Of a stretch of DNA of 64,000 nucleotides, positions 40,140 through 49,416 are shown in pieces; the first letter of the stretch is position 1; the number at the start of each line of letters is the position of its first letter. Position numbers and translations under genes: made by a program. Origin of the DNA: Thermodesulfobacteriota bacterium (GTDB lineage Bacteria > Desulfobacterota > Desulfobacteria > Desulfobacterales > C00003060); the NCBI GenBank assembly GCA_034189385.1, contig JAXHVD010000007.1, positions 64,001 to 128,000 of the forward strand, read 5' to 3'. The notes beneath the pieces were generated by a model that saw only the letters and a list, made by a program, of their open reading frames with translations, searched no databases and had not been told where the DNA came from.

Positions 40140-41561
40140 ATGACCGCTGCACTCAGAGAAAAGGCTCTTAGAATAGGAATCGTTGGTGGAGGAAGACGGT
40201 GTAAGACCATTCTTCAGATGTTGCGGGGCCAGATATCGGCCCAGAGTAACGCATCCGTCACTATTGTGGCCGATGAGAATCCTGAGGCTCCAGGCTACAA
40301 GTATGCCAAGGATCAGGGCATTGAGACTACCACCGACATAGAGGCCATAGGGGACAGGAAAGATCTTGATTTCATTCTGGATTTGGCGGGTCGCAGAGAT
40401 ATGCTGGTGCCTCTGCTGGTGGGCAAGGGTTCGAAGGTCCCCGTGTTGCATGCCATGGCCTCCAATTTGCTCTATGATGTGCTGAGCATTCAAAAAGAGC
40501 TCTCTAATACCCGCACCTTTTTGAAGACAGTCCTTGACAGTATCCAGGAAGACATCCTGGTCATCAGCCCTGAATACGAGATCCTGCGCGTTAACGAGCC
40601 GCTCCTGAACAAGCTCAAGGCCAAGAGGGAAGACATCGTAGGCAGATATTGTTACGAGGTACTCCACAGGGAGCATTCTCCAGGGGGGCCGCCTGAGGGT
40701 ATCTGTCCTGTGGGAGAGGTGATCAAGTCAGGTAAGCCCCATCACGCCAGACACACACATATGGACCGCAACGGCAGGGAGATTCACCACGTTATTTCAG
40801 CCTATCCCGTCATGGCCAATGGAAAACTATCTTACATTGTTGAAATATCGCGGGATGTCACCCACGAGATCGGTAGACAAGAGATGCTTCTTCAACAGGA
40901 AAAGTTGAGCTCTGTCGGGAAGCTGGCTGCAGGGGTGGCCCATGAGATCAATAATCCCTTGACGGCGGTGTTGACGAACAGCATGCTTTTGCTCGAAGAT
41001 CTTTCCGTAGATGATCCCATGTACGAAGATCTCAAGGCCATTGCTGATGAGACCTTAAGGTGCCGGGAAATTGTCAGGGGGCTGCTGGAGTTTGCCCGGC
41101 AAGACGTGCCAGCAAAGGTTGAATCTGATCTAAACAAGATCGTCGCTAGTGTCGTGAGCCTGGTGAGGAAGCAATTCTCTTTTAAGAACATAGCGATTGT
41201 GGAAGACATCTCCCAGAGTCTTCCTTCAGTGAACATAGACAGAGACCAATTCCAACAGGTGATTGTCAACATGTTGATCAATGCCATGGAGGCCATTAAA
41301 AGGGACGGAGAGATTCGAGTGGAAACGGCCTATAGTGAACTCAAACGGACCATTGAGCTGAAGATAACCGATACAGGCAATGGCATTCCGGAGGATGCCA
41401 GGCTAAAACTCTTCGATCCCTTCTTTACGACGAAAGATACGGGCACCGGTCTGGGGCTATCGATATCCCACGGTGTGGTGCAGCGACACGGCGGAACCAT
41501 CTCTTTTGAAAGCCAGATTGGAAAAGGGACCACTTTTGTCATCTCTCTGCCCGTGGCGTGA
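40140..41561 (+). CDS. Second Rossmann-PAS sensor histidine kinase (paralog of 35044)
   Basis: IGIVGGGRRC, GIETTTD, AHEINNPL, DTGNG, FFTTK, GTGLGL. Confidence 0.9.
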   Translation: MTAALREKALRIGIVGGGRRCKTILQMLRGQISAQSNASVTIVADENPEAPGYKYAKDQGIETTTDIEAIGDRKDLDFILDLAGRRDMLVPLLVGKGSKVPVLHAMASNLLYDVLSIQKELSNTRTFLKTVLDSIQEDILVISPEYEILRVNEPLLNKLKAKREDIVGRYCYEVLHREHSPGGPPEGICPVGEVIKSGKPHHARHTHMDRNGREIHHVISAYPVMANGKLSYIVEISRDVTHEIGRQEMLLQQEKLSSVGKLAAGVAHEINNPLTAVLTNSMLLLEDLSVDDPMYEDLKAIADETLRCREIVRGLLEFARQDVPAKVESDLNKIVASVVSLVRKQFSFKNIAIVEDISQSLPSVNIDRDQFQQVIVNMLINAMEAIKRDGEIRVETAYSELKRTIELKITDTGNGIPEDARLKLFDPFFTTKDTGTGLGLSISHGVVQRHGGTISFESQIGKGTTFVISLPVA

Positions 41562-41667
41562 GTGATGGCTTCCTAAAGGAGGCCTTTTTAATGCCCCTGT
41601 AAAAGAGGTCCCACCCTGGTGAAAAACGGGGTCCAGGAGAATCTTGGAGTCCTTTCCCAGAGCCACC

Positions 41668-43059
41668 ATGCGTATCCTTGTCATTGATGACGATCTCACC
41701 GTCTGCAAGAGCTGCCAGAAGATTATCTCAAAGGTCGGCTTTGGGGTGGACTATTCCCTAACTGGCCATGAGGCCCTCCAGAGAATGGAGGAGAGGGCCT
41801 ATGATGTCGTCTTCACGGACCTCAAGATGGCAGAGATGGGCGGCCTGGAAGTCCTTCGCTTCATCAGGGATAGAGACCCTGACATTGTGGTTGTCGTGAT
41901 TACTGGTTACGCTACCGTTGCTTCGGCTGTAGAGACTATGAAAACCGGTGCCTTTGACTATCTTCCCAAACCCTTCACCCCCGCTGAATTCAGGAGCGTT
42001 CTCAATAAGGCCGTTAAAGAAAGAAGGACCATTCTTATGAATCGGGAACTGGCCGCCCAACCGAGCATCACGGCAGGGTTTGATGGGATCGTTTTTGAAA
42101 GCCAGAAGATGCAAACGGCCTTCAACATGGTCCCCAAGGTGGCCCCTACAGACAGCAACGTCTTGATCGTGGGAGAAAGCGGTACGGGCAAGGAGTTGAT
42201 TGCCCGGGCTATACATAGATTGAGCAAGCGGAGGGAAGGCAAGTTTTTCGCTATTGACTGCGCCGCCCTCTCAGGCACATTGCTGGAAAGCGAGCTCTTT
42301 GGCCACGTGAGGGGGGCTTTCACCGGGGCCATTCAAGACAAGCCAGGGGTTTTTGAGGTGGCCAATCACGGCACGGTCTTCTTGGATGAAATATGCAACA
42401 TAAGTGTAGAAGTGCAGGCAAAGCTTCTAAGGTTCCTCCAAGAAAGGGAGTTCATGCCCGTTGGGGCCAGGGAGACGAAAAGTGTGGATGTGAGGCTTGT
42501 CTTTGCAACCAATAGGGACTTAAAAGACATGGTTGCAGAAGGCACCCTCCGTGAAGACTTCTACTATAGGATCTTCGTCTATCCCATTGGCATCCCGCCC
42601 CTGCGCCATCGCATGTCAGATACGCCACTGTTGGCTTATCACTTTTTGAAGAAGTATTCGAAGAGTTTTGGAAAGCCCGTCCAGTCCATTTCACGAAAGG
42701 CCATGGAGGCGCTGTGTCAATATGAGTGGCCTGGTAATGTACGACAACTGGAGAACGTCATACAGGCGGCAATCATTGCTTCTGACACAGAGGAGATCTC
42801 CACCAAAGACCTTCCTGAGTTTAGGGAACCCCAAAAAGTGCCGTCCCTGCCGCCTAGGACCAATGTGGAACTGAAACGACTCAAGAAAGAGCTCAGGGCG
42901 AGGACAGTCGAAAAGGTAGAAAGGGATTTTCTCCTTCATGCCTTAAAGAGAAACGACGGCAATGTGACCAGGGCGGCTGAGGATGTGGGCATGCAGCGGA
43001 GCAATTTCCAGGGACTTATGAGAAAGCACGGGATTGCTGTGAGGGCTATGAAACCATAG
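41668..43059 (+). CDS. Second sigma54-dependent response regulator
   Basis: REC domain, GESGTGKE, GAFTGA, WPGNVRQL, HTH. Confidence 0.93.
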   Translation: MRILVIDDDLTVCKSCQKIISKVGFGVDYSLTGHEALQRMEERAYDVVFTDLKMAEMGGLEVLRFIRDRDPDIVVVVITGYATVASAVETMKTGAFDYLPKPFTPAEFRSVLNKAVKERRTILMNRELAAQPSITAGFDGIVFESQKMQTAFNMVPKVAPTDSNVLIVGESGTGKELIARAIHRLSKRREGKFFAIDCAALSGTLLESELFGHVRGAFTGAIQDKPGVFEVANHGTVFLDEICNISVEVQAKLLRFLQEREFMPVGARETKSVDVRLVFATNRDLKDMVAEGTLREDFYYRIFVYPIGIPPLRHRMSDTPLLAYHFLKKYSKSFGKPVQSISRKAMEALCQYEWPGNVRQLENVIQAAIIASDTEEISTKDLPEFREPQKVPSLPPRTNVELKRLKKELRARTVEKVERDFLLHALKRNDGNVTRAAEDVGMQRSNFQGLMRKHGIAVRAMKP

Positions 43060-43306
43060 CCTCGCCCATGCCCATTGCCTCCCTCAAAGGCGGTTATTCC
43101 GGCAAAGGACTGAGCCACTCAAAGGGGATTTTTCTGAAAAGAACGCATATTTTTTTTATACACACAATATCCTCCCGATATAACGACTGAAATACTCCTT
43201 TTCACCTGCTGCTGCATACCGATACTATACATTTGACAAGACTGAACAACCTACTTGGAAAGATATTGTGCTAATAATAACAGCAGGTTATGCCTTCACT
43301 CTCTAG

Positions 43307-43322
43307 TGGCACAGGTATTGCT
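43307..43322 (+). promoter_or_regulatory. Sigma54 (-24/-12) promoter of the double-receiver gene
   Basis: TGGCAC-AGGTA-TTGCT, a consensus match. Confidence 0.85.
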
Positions 43323-43384
43323 CTAAATACTATAACAGACAGGCTGGACTGGAGTAAGGGACTTTTCACAAGGGAGGGATTCAC

Positions 43385-44461
43385 ATGGAAACTCAGGAAC
43401 CTAAGGTATTAGTGGTGGATGATGAGGTAACGGCTGGAAAGAGCATTGAAAAGGTCCTTGCCAAAAAGGGATTCCACATCGATTTTGCGGAAAGTGCAGA
43501 CGAAGGGCTCAATAAAATTGAAAAGGGACTATTCGAGCTGGTCCTCCTTGATATCATGATGCCTCAGGTCAATGGTATAGAATTGCTTAGGATCATAAAG
43601 GAGAGATGGCCTCATCTGAAGGTCGTCATGGTGACGGGCTATCCGTCCATTGAGACTGCTGTGGAGGCCACCAGGCTTGGGGCACTGGATTATATCTCTA
43701 AGCCCTTTACGCCCGATGAGCTGAGGGAAAAGGTGGATCAGGTCTTACAGGATACGGCTTCTGAAAAGGTGGTTCCCATTCGGCCTGTGGAAGAGGATGT
43801 GTCTGCCTCCGTTTGTCCGGTGTCTGGGCAGCAATGTGAGATCTATGCAAAAAAGGGCCGGCCGTGCAAGACCAAAGATGGCATATGCCCCAAGATCAAG
43901 AAGGCCCGGCTCAAGGCCCGGAAGAGGCGTCTGTCACCTGCCGAAGAGATTGGAAAATCAGCTATCGATATTGATATGCCCTTCGACCGCGACGAGGTGG
44001 CCAAATATACAGGCACAGCCTATGTGAATGCCTTAGACCGTTCAGATATGACCCTGGTGAGCTGGGAAGGGCCTGGTCAAGAGACGCCGGCCACCCTTTC
44101 TGAAATCCTTGTCGTTGACGACGAGGTGGTTGTGGGCAACAGTGTAAGAAAGATCCTTAAATCAAGAGGCTACCGCGTAGATCACGCCGAGACCCCAAGT
44201 GCTGCCATGGAGTTCCTATCGCAACGACCGGTGGACATGGTCCTGTTGGACATGAAGATCCCGGGGGTAAAGGGGTTGGATTTGCTTGAGACCATCAGGG
44301 AAGAGAATCCCACTGTGCCGGTGATCATGATCACCGGCTATGCTACTGTGGAGACAGCGGTCGAAGCCATCAAACTGGGGGCCGTTGACTATGTGCCTAA
44401 GCCCTTTACTCCTGATGAGCTTCATCAGGCCGTAGAACAAGCCTTTAGACGGGCTGCTTAG
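43385..44461 (+). CDS. Response regulator with two receiver domains and a Cys-rich linker, no output domain
   Basis: Two VVDDE...LLD...KPFTPDEL units; linker CPVSGQQC...C...CP. Confidence 0.88.
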   Translation: METQEPKVLVVDDEVTAGKSIEKVLAKKGFHIDFAESADEGLNKIEKGLFELVLLDIMMPQVNGIELLRIIKERWPHLKVVMVTGYPSIETAVEATRLGALDYISKPFTPDELREKVDQVLQDTASEKVVPIRPVEEDVSASVCPVSGQQCEIYAKKGRPCKTKDGICPKIKKARLKARKRRLSPAEEIGKSAIDIDMPFDRDEVAKYTGTAYVNALDRSDMTLVSWEGPGQETPATLSEILVVDDEVVVGNSVRKILKSRGYRVDHAETPSAAMEFLSQRPVDMVLLDMKIPGVKGLDLLETIREENPTVPVIMITGYATVETAVEAIKLGAVDYVPKPFTPDELHQAVEQAFRRAA

Positions 44462-44573
44462 GGTCTGAGGGTTGGAGAGTTGACAAGTGGGCCCCCTTGT
44501 GCAAAGGTCTCAGGCCGGGTGGCGTCACGATTCGGCTTCTGCCTTATGGTCGCTGCAGACCCATCTGAAATAG

Positions 44574-44603
44574 AGGCTTTGCCGTCAGGCAGAGCCTTTT
44601 TTT
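44574..44603 (+). terminator. Intrinsic terminator after the double-receiver gene
   Basis: AGGCTTTGCC-GTCA-GGCAGAGCCT followed by a T run. Confidence 0.75.
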
Positions 44604-44730
44604 GTTGTGCGGCCCGGCCACGCCACGCCTTTAGCTGGTAACTACGTGACCATGGTCACCTTCCCCGGTCTCTGAAAGTCAAGTCCCCCACTAGAGCCGG
44701 GAGATCGGATGGCGTAAACTGATAACTTCC

Positions 44731-44759
44731 TTGACAAAGAAGCGGCCTGCCTCTATATT
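44731..44759 (+). promoter_or_regulatory. Putative sigma70 promoter for the hdrA''-mvhD-metVF operon
   Basis: TTGACA-N17-TATATT. Confidence 0.65.
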
Positions 44760-44963
44760 GCGTATCTTTACGGCAAGTGCCGGGAAGCCTCATCTAGAGT
44801 GGTCCCAGCCGAATCAAGTCTCACGAATGCTTGACCGTTAGATCATCATCCGCATCATGGGTTTGGGTTAGAGAGTTCCACCGAGGCCAGAGAGCGCCTT
44901 TGGGGCCTCTGGGTTCCTCCCAGACCGGTATGAGCCAGCTTTCACCGGCAGGAAAAGGTTCTC

Positions 44964-47900
44964 ATGATCACACTGAAAATCAACGACAGAGAGGTCGTGG
45001 CTGAAAAAGGCCAGACCATTCTCCAAGTCGCCCAGCAATACAACATCGATATCCCCACACTTTGTTACCACGGGGCCTTAAGCCCTGCGGGGGCCTGCAG
45101 GCTGTGCACAGTGGAGGTCTCTGACGGACGGAGGACCAGGCTGGTGACGTCGTGCAATTACCCGGTCTGGCGAGGCATGGAGGTCAGGACTGACAGCGAA
45201 CGGGTCATTCAGGGTCGGCGGATGATCGTGGAACTATTGCTGGCACGCTGTCCGGGCGTGAAGGTACTCCAAGACCTGGCTAAAGAGTACGGCATTGAAC
45301 AGTCGCGCTTTTCGCCGGAGGCAGATGATTGCATCCTGTGCGGGCTTTGCACACGGATGTGTGAAGAGCGGATGGGTGTTAGCGCTATCAGCCTCAAGGG
45401 CCGAGGAGTGGACCTCGCGGTAGACACACCCTTTCATCTCGACTCTGATGTTTGCCGGACGTGCGGGGCCTGTGCATCGGTATGCCCTACCGGGCATATT
45501 AAACTTGAAGAGATCACAAAAAGAAAGCCTGAGATCATCCCATCGGAATTCGACCGGGGGATGGGACCTCGAAAGCCCATCCATATCCCCTTTGCCCAGG
45601 CCACACCCAATGTGGCCCAGATTGACCCTAAGACTTGTGTCCATCTGAACACCGGTGCCTGCGGGGTGTGTCAAGAGTTCTGCGGTCCAGGGGCCATTGA
45701 TTTTGAGCAGAAAGATGAGATTGTTGAAATTGATGCCGGCGCTGTGATCCTGGCAACAGGCTATGAAGTCTTTGATGCCCGTCTGAAGCCGGAATATGGC
45801 TATGGCCGCTATCTGAATGTCATCACGAGCATCGAATATGAACGGATCCTGTCAGCTGGTGGCCCTTTCAAGGGACACATCCAGCGGCCCTCAGACGCCA
45901 AAGAGCCTACAAAGATGGCATGGATTCAGTGCGTAGGGTCGCGCGACGCCTCTCTTGGCTGCGATTACTGTTCCTACGTCTGTTGCATGTATGCCACGAA
46001 GCAGGCCATGATTTCAAAGGAACACGACCAAGCAATTGAGCCGACCATCTTCTATATAGACATGCGCGCCCCTGGGAAAAGTTTCGAGCGTTACTATGAA
46101 CGGGCCCGGACCACGGGGGGCGTTCGGTATGTACGATCTATGATATCAAGGGTCCTGGAAGATCCAAAGACCCACGACTTGGATCTGACCTATGTGGACG
46201 AGTCCGGCGAGATTCAAACCGATACCTTTGACATGGTCATCCTATCGGTGGGCCTTCGCCCTGATCCGGCCTTCCGAGAACTGGCAGACAAGTTTGGAAT
46301 CAGGCTGAATCGGTTCGGATTTTGTGAAAGCCAACCCCTTGATGCGGTCTCCACCTCCATTCCTGGCGTATTCGCTTGCGGCGTCATTCAGAGCCCCAAG
46401 GGTATCCCGAGTTCGGTCCTTCAGGGAAGCAGTGCGGCCGGTGCGGCTACCAGTCTACTTTCCGAGGCACGGGGGACCCTGGTACAGGAAAAACGGTATC
46501 CACAGGAGCATGACATCACTCAGGAGGAACCCCGCATAGGGGTGTTCCTGTGTGACTGTGGCATCAATATTGCTGCCACCGTAGATGTGGGCGAAGTGAC
46601 CGATTATGTGAAGACCCTTCCTGACGTCGTCTTTGCCCAGGAGTATCTTTTTACTTGCTCAACAGACACGCAGGAAGAGATGAAGGCCATGATTGAAAAG
46701 CACCGGCTCAATCGGGTCGTCGTGGCCTCCTGTTCCCCAAGGACCCACGAACCCCTCTTTCAAGACACCATTCGTGAAGCCGGGTTGAACAAATACCTCT
46801 TCGAGATGGCCAACGTACGAGACCAGGATTCGTGGGTTCATAGCTTTGATCCGGAAAGGGCCACTTCCAAGGCCAAGGACCTTGTGCGCATGGCCGTGGC
46901 ACGGGCGGCAAGGCTTGCGCCCCTGTATGACGTGCCTTTTGACGTGGTGCAGAAAGGACTGGTGATTGGTGGGGGCTTGGCCGGGCTGACGGCGGCTTTC
47001 ACATTGGCCGAGCAAGGGTATGAGACCTACCTGGTTGAGCAATCGGACCAATTGGGCGGCAACGCCAGAACCCTTTACTATACTGAGGACGGGGCCAAAC
47101 CAGCAGAATATGTTGAAGCGCTCATCAAGAAGGTCACAGCCCATCCCCGCATCACCGTATATACCCAAGCTGAAGTGAAGGACTACTCCGGGCATCTGGG
47201 GGGCTTTAAGAGCACGATTTCTGTGGCCGGAAATAGGGAAGAGATCGCTTACGGAGCCGTCATCGTGGCCACTGGCGGCATAGAGTACAAACCTACGGAG
47301 TATCTTTGCGGCCAAAACGATCAGGTCATCACCCAGAAAGAACTGGAAAGGCGGATTGTCCTTGAGCCTGAGAGTCTGAAAGAGGTCCGGAGCGTGGTCA
47401 TCATTCAGTGTGTAGGGTGTATGGATGAAGAGCATCCGTATTGCAGTCGTGTGTGCTGCACCACTGCTGCCAAGAACAGCCTCAAGCTCAAGGAACTGAA
47501 CCCGGACATCGACATCTTTGTCCTGTACCGGGATATGCGAACCTTTGGGTTCAAAGAGCTCTCCTACAAGAAGGCTCGGGAGCGGGGTGTGCGCTTCCTC
47601 AGGTTTTTCCTTAAGCAGAGGCCGGAAGTAGACGAACTGGATGGCGTCCTTCAGGTAAAAGTATTTGATCAGAACCTGAGATCTGAGGTCATGATCAGGC
47701 CGGACCTCCTGGTGCTGAGTGCGGCCATCCGGCCCCATCCGGGGAGCAAACAGGTGGCTGACATATTTAAGCTCCCCCTGGACCAAGACGGTTTCTTTGC
47801 CGAGGCCCACCTGAAGCTAAGGCCTGTTGACTTTGCAAATGCCGGCATCTTTCTCTGTGGGCTTGCCCATATGCCAAAATTTACGGAAGAGGCCATTGCC

Positions 47901-48191
47901 CAGGCCAAGGCCGCTGCATCGAGGGCCTCTACCGTACTGTCTCAAGAGCAGATGTTCGTGGGGGGTGCTGTGGCCACGGTGGACAGCACCAAGTGCGCTG
48001 CATGCTTGACCTGTGTCAGGACTTGTCCCTACCATGTGCCCCGCTTGGATGAAGAGGAGGGGGTTGTGACCATTGATGCGGCGGCCTGCCAGGGGTGCGG
48101 CAACTGTGCAGTGGCGTGCCCTCGCGGGGCTATCGAGGTGGGGCACAGCACGGACGACCAGTTCATTGCCAAGATCTGTGCCTTGTATTAG
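44964..48191 (+). CDS. hdrA: NuoG/HydA-like N-terminal FeS domains fused to the remainder of a tandem (double) HdrA
   Basis: IPTLCYH...CRLC...SCNYP ([2Fe-2S]); CILCGLC and CRTCGAC ferredoxins; EFDRGMGPRKPI, QCVGSRD, YCSYVCC, second unit GGGLAG, C-terminal ferredoxin. Confidence 0.9.
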   Translation: MITLKINDREVVAEKGQTILQVAQQYNIDIPTLCYHGALSPAGACRLCTVEVSDGRRTRLVTSCNYPVWRGMEVRTDSERVIQGRRMIVELLLARCPGVKVLQDLAKEYGIEQSRFSPEADDCILCGLCTRMCEERMGVSAISLKGRGVDLAVDTPFHLDSDVCRTCGACASVCPTGHIKLEEITKRKPEIIPSEFDRGMGPRKPIHIPFAQATPNVAQIDPKTCVHLNTGACGVCQEFCGPGAIDFEQKDEIVEIDAGAVILATGYEVFDARLKPEYGYGRYLNVITSIEYERILSAGGPFKGHIQRPSDAKEPTKMAWIQCVGSRDASLGCDYCSYVCCMYATKQAMISKEHDQAIEPTIFYIDMRAPGKSFERYYERARTTGGVRYVRSMISRVLEDPKTHDLDLTYVDESGEIQTDTFDMVILSVGLRPDPAFRELADKFGIRLNRFGFCESQPLDAVSTSIPGVFACGVIQSPKGIPSSVLQGSSAAGAATSLLSEARGTLVQEKRYPQEHDITQEEPRIGVFLCDCGINIAATVDVGEVTDYVKTLPDVVFAQEYLFTCSTDTQEEMKAMIEKHRLNRVVVASCSPRTHEPLFQDTIREAGLNKYLFEMANVRDQDSWVHSFDPERATSKAKDLVRMAVARAARLAPLYDVPFDVVQKGLVIGGGLAGLTAAFTLAEQGYETYLVEQSDQLGGNARTLYYTEDGAKPAEYVEALIKKVTAHPRITVYTQAEVKDYSGHLGGFKSTISVAGNREEIAYGAVIVATGGIEYKPTEYLCGQNDQVITQKELERRIVLEPESLKEVRSVVIIQCVGCMDEEHPYCSRVCCTTAAKNSLKLKELNPDIDIFVLYRDMRTFGFKELSYKKARERGVRFLRFFLKQRPEVDELDGVLQVKVFDQNLRSEVMIRPDLLVLSAAIRPHPGSKQVADIFKLPLDQDGFFAEAHLKLRPVDFANAGIFLCGLAHMPKFTEEAIAQAKAAASRASTVLSQEQMFVGGAVATVDSTKCAACLTCVRTCPYHVPRLDEEEGVVTIDAAACQGCGNCAVACPRGAIEVGHSTDDQFIAKICALY

Positions 48192-48203
48192 GGGTATGCG
48201 TTG

Positions 48204-48689
48204 ATGGAACAGGCCATGTCACAACCAGAAGAACACGAACGCACCAAGAAGGCCTTTGAGCCGAAGATCGAGGCCTTTGTCTGCACCTATTGCACCTATA
48301 CGGCTGCTGATATGGCAGGCTCACAGCGTTTGCAGTATCCTCCCACGGTGCGCATCGTCAAATACCTGTGTACTGGAAAGGTGGAAGTCCTCCACATCTT
48401 AAAGGCCTTTGAGGCCGGTGCCGATGCCGTGTTCGTGGGCGGCTGAGAGGTTGGCGACTGTCATTTCCTGGAAGGAAATCTCAGGGCTAAAGAACGGGTT
48501 GAGTACACGAAGGGCCTGTTGGATGAAATCGGACTTGGGAGGAACCGTTTGGAGATGTTTCACATTGGCGCCTCAGATGCCCCTCTGTTCGCCGAAGCAG
48601 TGGAGATCATGACGGAGAGGGCCAAGGAGGCAGGCCCCAATCCGTTTCGCCTGCTAAGTCTAAAGGGCGTCAAGAAGCGTTTGAGATGA
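48204..48689 (+). CDS. mvhD: MvhD/FlpD [2Fe-2S] protein, selenoprotein (UGA-Sec at 48444-48446)
   Basis: FVCTYCTYTAAD, LCTGKV, AFEAGADAVFVGG-UGA-EVGDCHFLEGN...RLEMF continues in frame to TGA 48687-48689; hairpin ATTTCC-TGGAA-GGAAAT after the UGA. Confidence 0.92.
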
Positions 48690-48737
48690 AGACGCCTTTG
48701 TAAGTAGTCACCATCTATTGAAGTAGGAGCAGTACCA

Positions 48738-49415
48738 ATGATTGTAGCCAAGAGAAAACCTTTCAAGGAGATCAAGGGGCTTGTTTCGGGCTCAAAGAAG
48801 ATCCTAGTTCTTGGATGCGGCACCTGTGTGGCTGTGTGCTTGGCTGGGGGCGAAAAAGAGGTCGCCCTCCTGGCCTCTCAGCTGAAGATGGCCCTGGCCC
48901 TTGAGGACTGGGATTTAGAGATTGATGAACTCACCATTGAGCGGCAGTGTGACAGGGAATTCATAGAAGAAATCAACCAAAAGGTGAATGTAGATGAATA
49001 TGACCTTATCCTTTCCACGGCCTGCGGTGCAGGGGTACAACTGGTCAGCGATGTGTTTGACCACAAGCCAGTGGTGGCGGCCCTTAATACCACCTTTATC
49101 GGCGTAGCAGAGGGCCCTGGCGTTTGGACGGAACGCTGTCGGTCCTGCAGCGACTGCGTCCTGGCCGAGACAGGGGGTATCTGTCCGGTAACGATCTGCC
49201 CAAAGGGGCTGGTAAACGGTCCCTGCGGAGGAACCCGACAGGGCAAGTGTGAGGTGGACCCTGAAAAGGATTGTGCCTGGACCCTCATTTACAATCGGCT
49301 AAAGAAGCTCGGCAGGCTCGATAGGATGGAGAAGATCCTTCCCCCCAAAAAGTGGAGTGCCCAGCAGCATCCGGCCACCGTCATCCATGAGGCCTATAAA
49401 AGGAGATATGAATAG
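48738..49415 (+). CDS. metV: Methylenetetrahydrofolate reductase FeS/Zn subunit MetV
   Basis: GCGTCVAVC, ERQCD, ACGAGVQ, ERCRSCSDC, CPKGLVNGPCGG, CAW. Confidence 0.9.
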   Translation: MIVAKRKPFKEIKGLVSGSKKILVLGCGTCVAVCLAGGEKEVALLASQLKMALALEDWDLEIDELTIERQCDREFIEEINQKVNVDEYDLILSTACGAGVQLVSDVFDHKPVVAALNTTFIGVAEGPGVWTERCRSCSDCVLAETGGICPVTICPKGLVNGPCGGTRQGKCEVDPEKDCAWTLIYNRLKKLGRLDRMEKILPPKKWSAQQHPATVIHEAYKRRYE

Positions 49416-49416
49416 C

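Noticed and set aside
44770..44870. SAM-I or THF riboswitch
   Set aside because: Only fragmentary resemblance (CTCATCTAGAGTGG, CATCCGC); core conserved motifs are missing
46659..47810. Long antisense ORFs (e.g. 383 aa here, 258 aa at 30054, 274 aa at 61524)
   Set aside because: Shadow ORFs opposite well-supported genes, with no motifs
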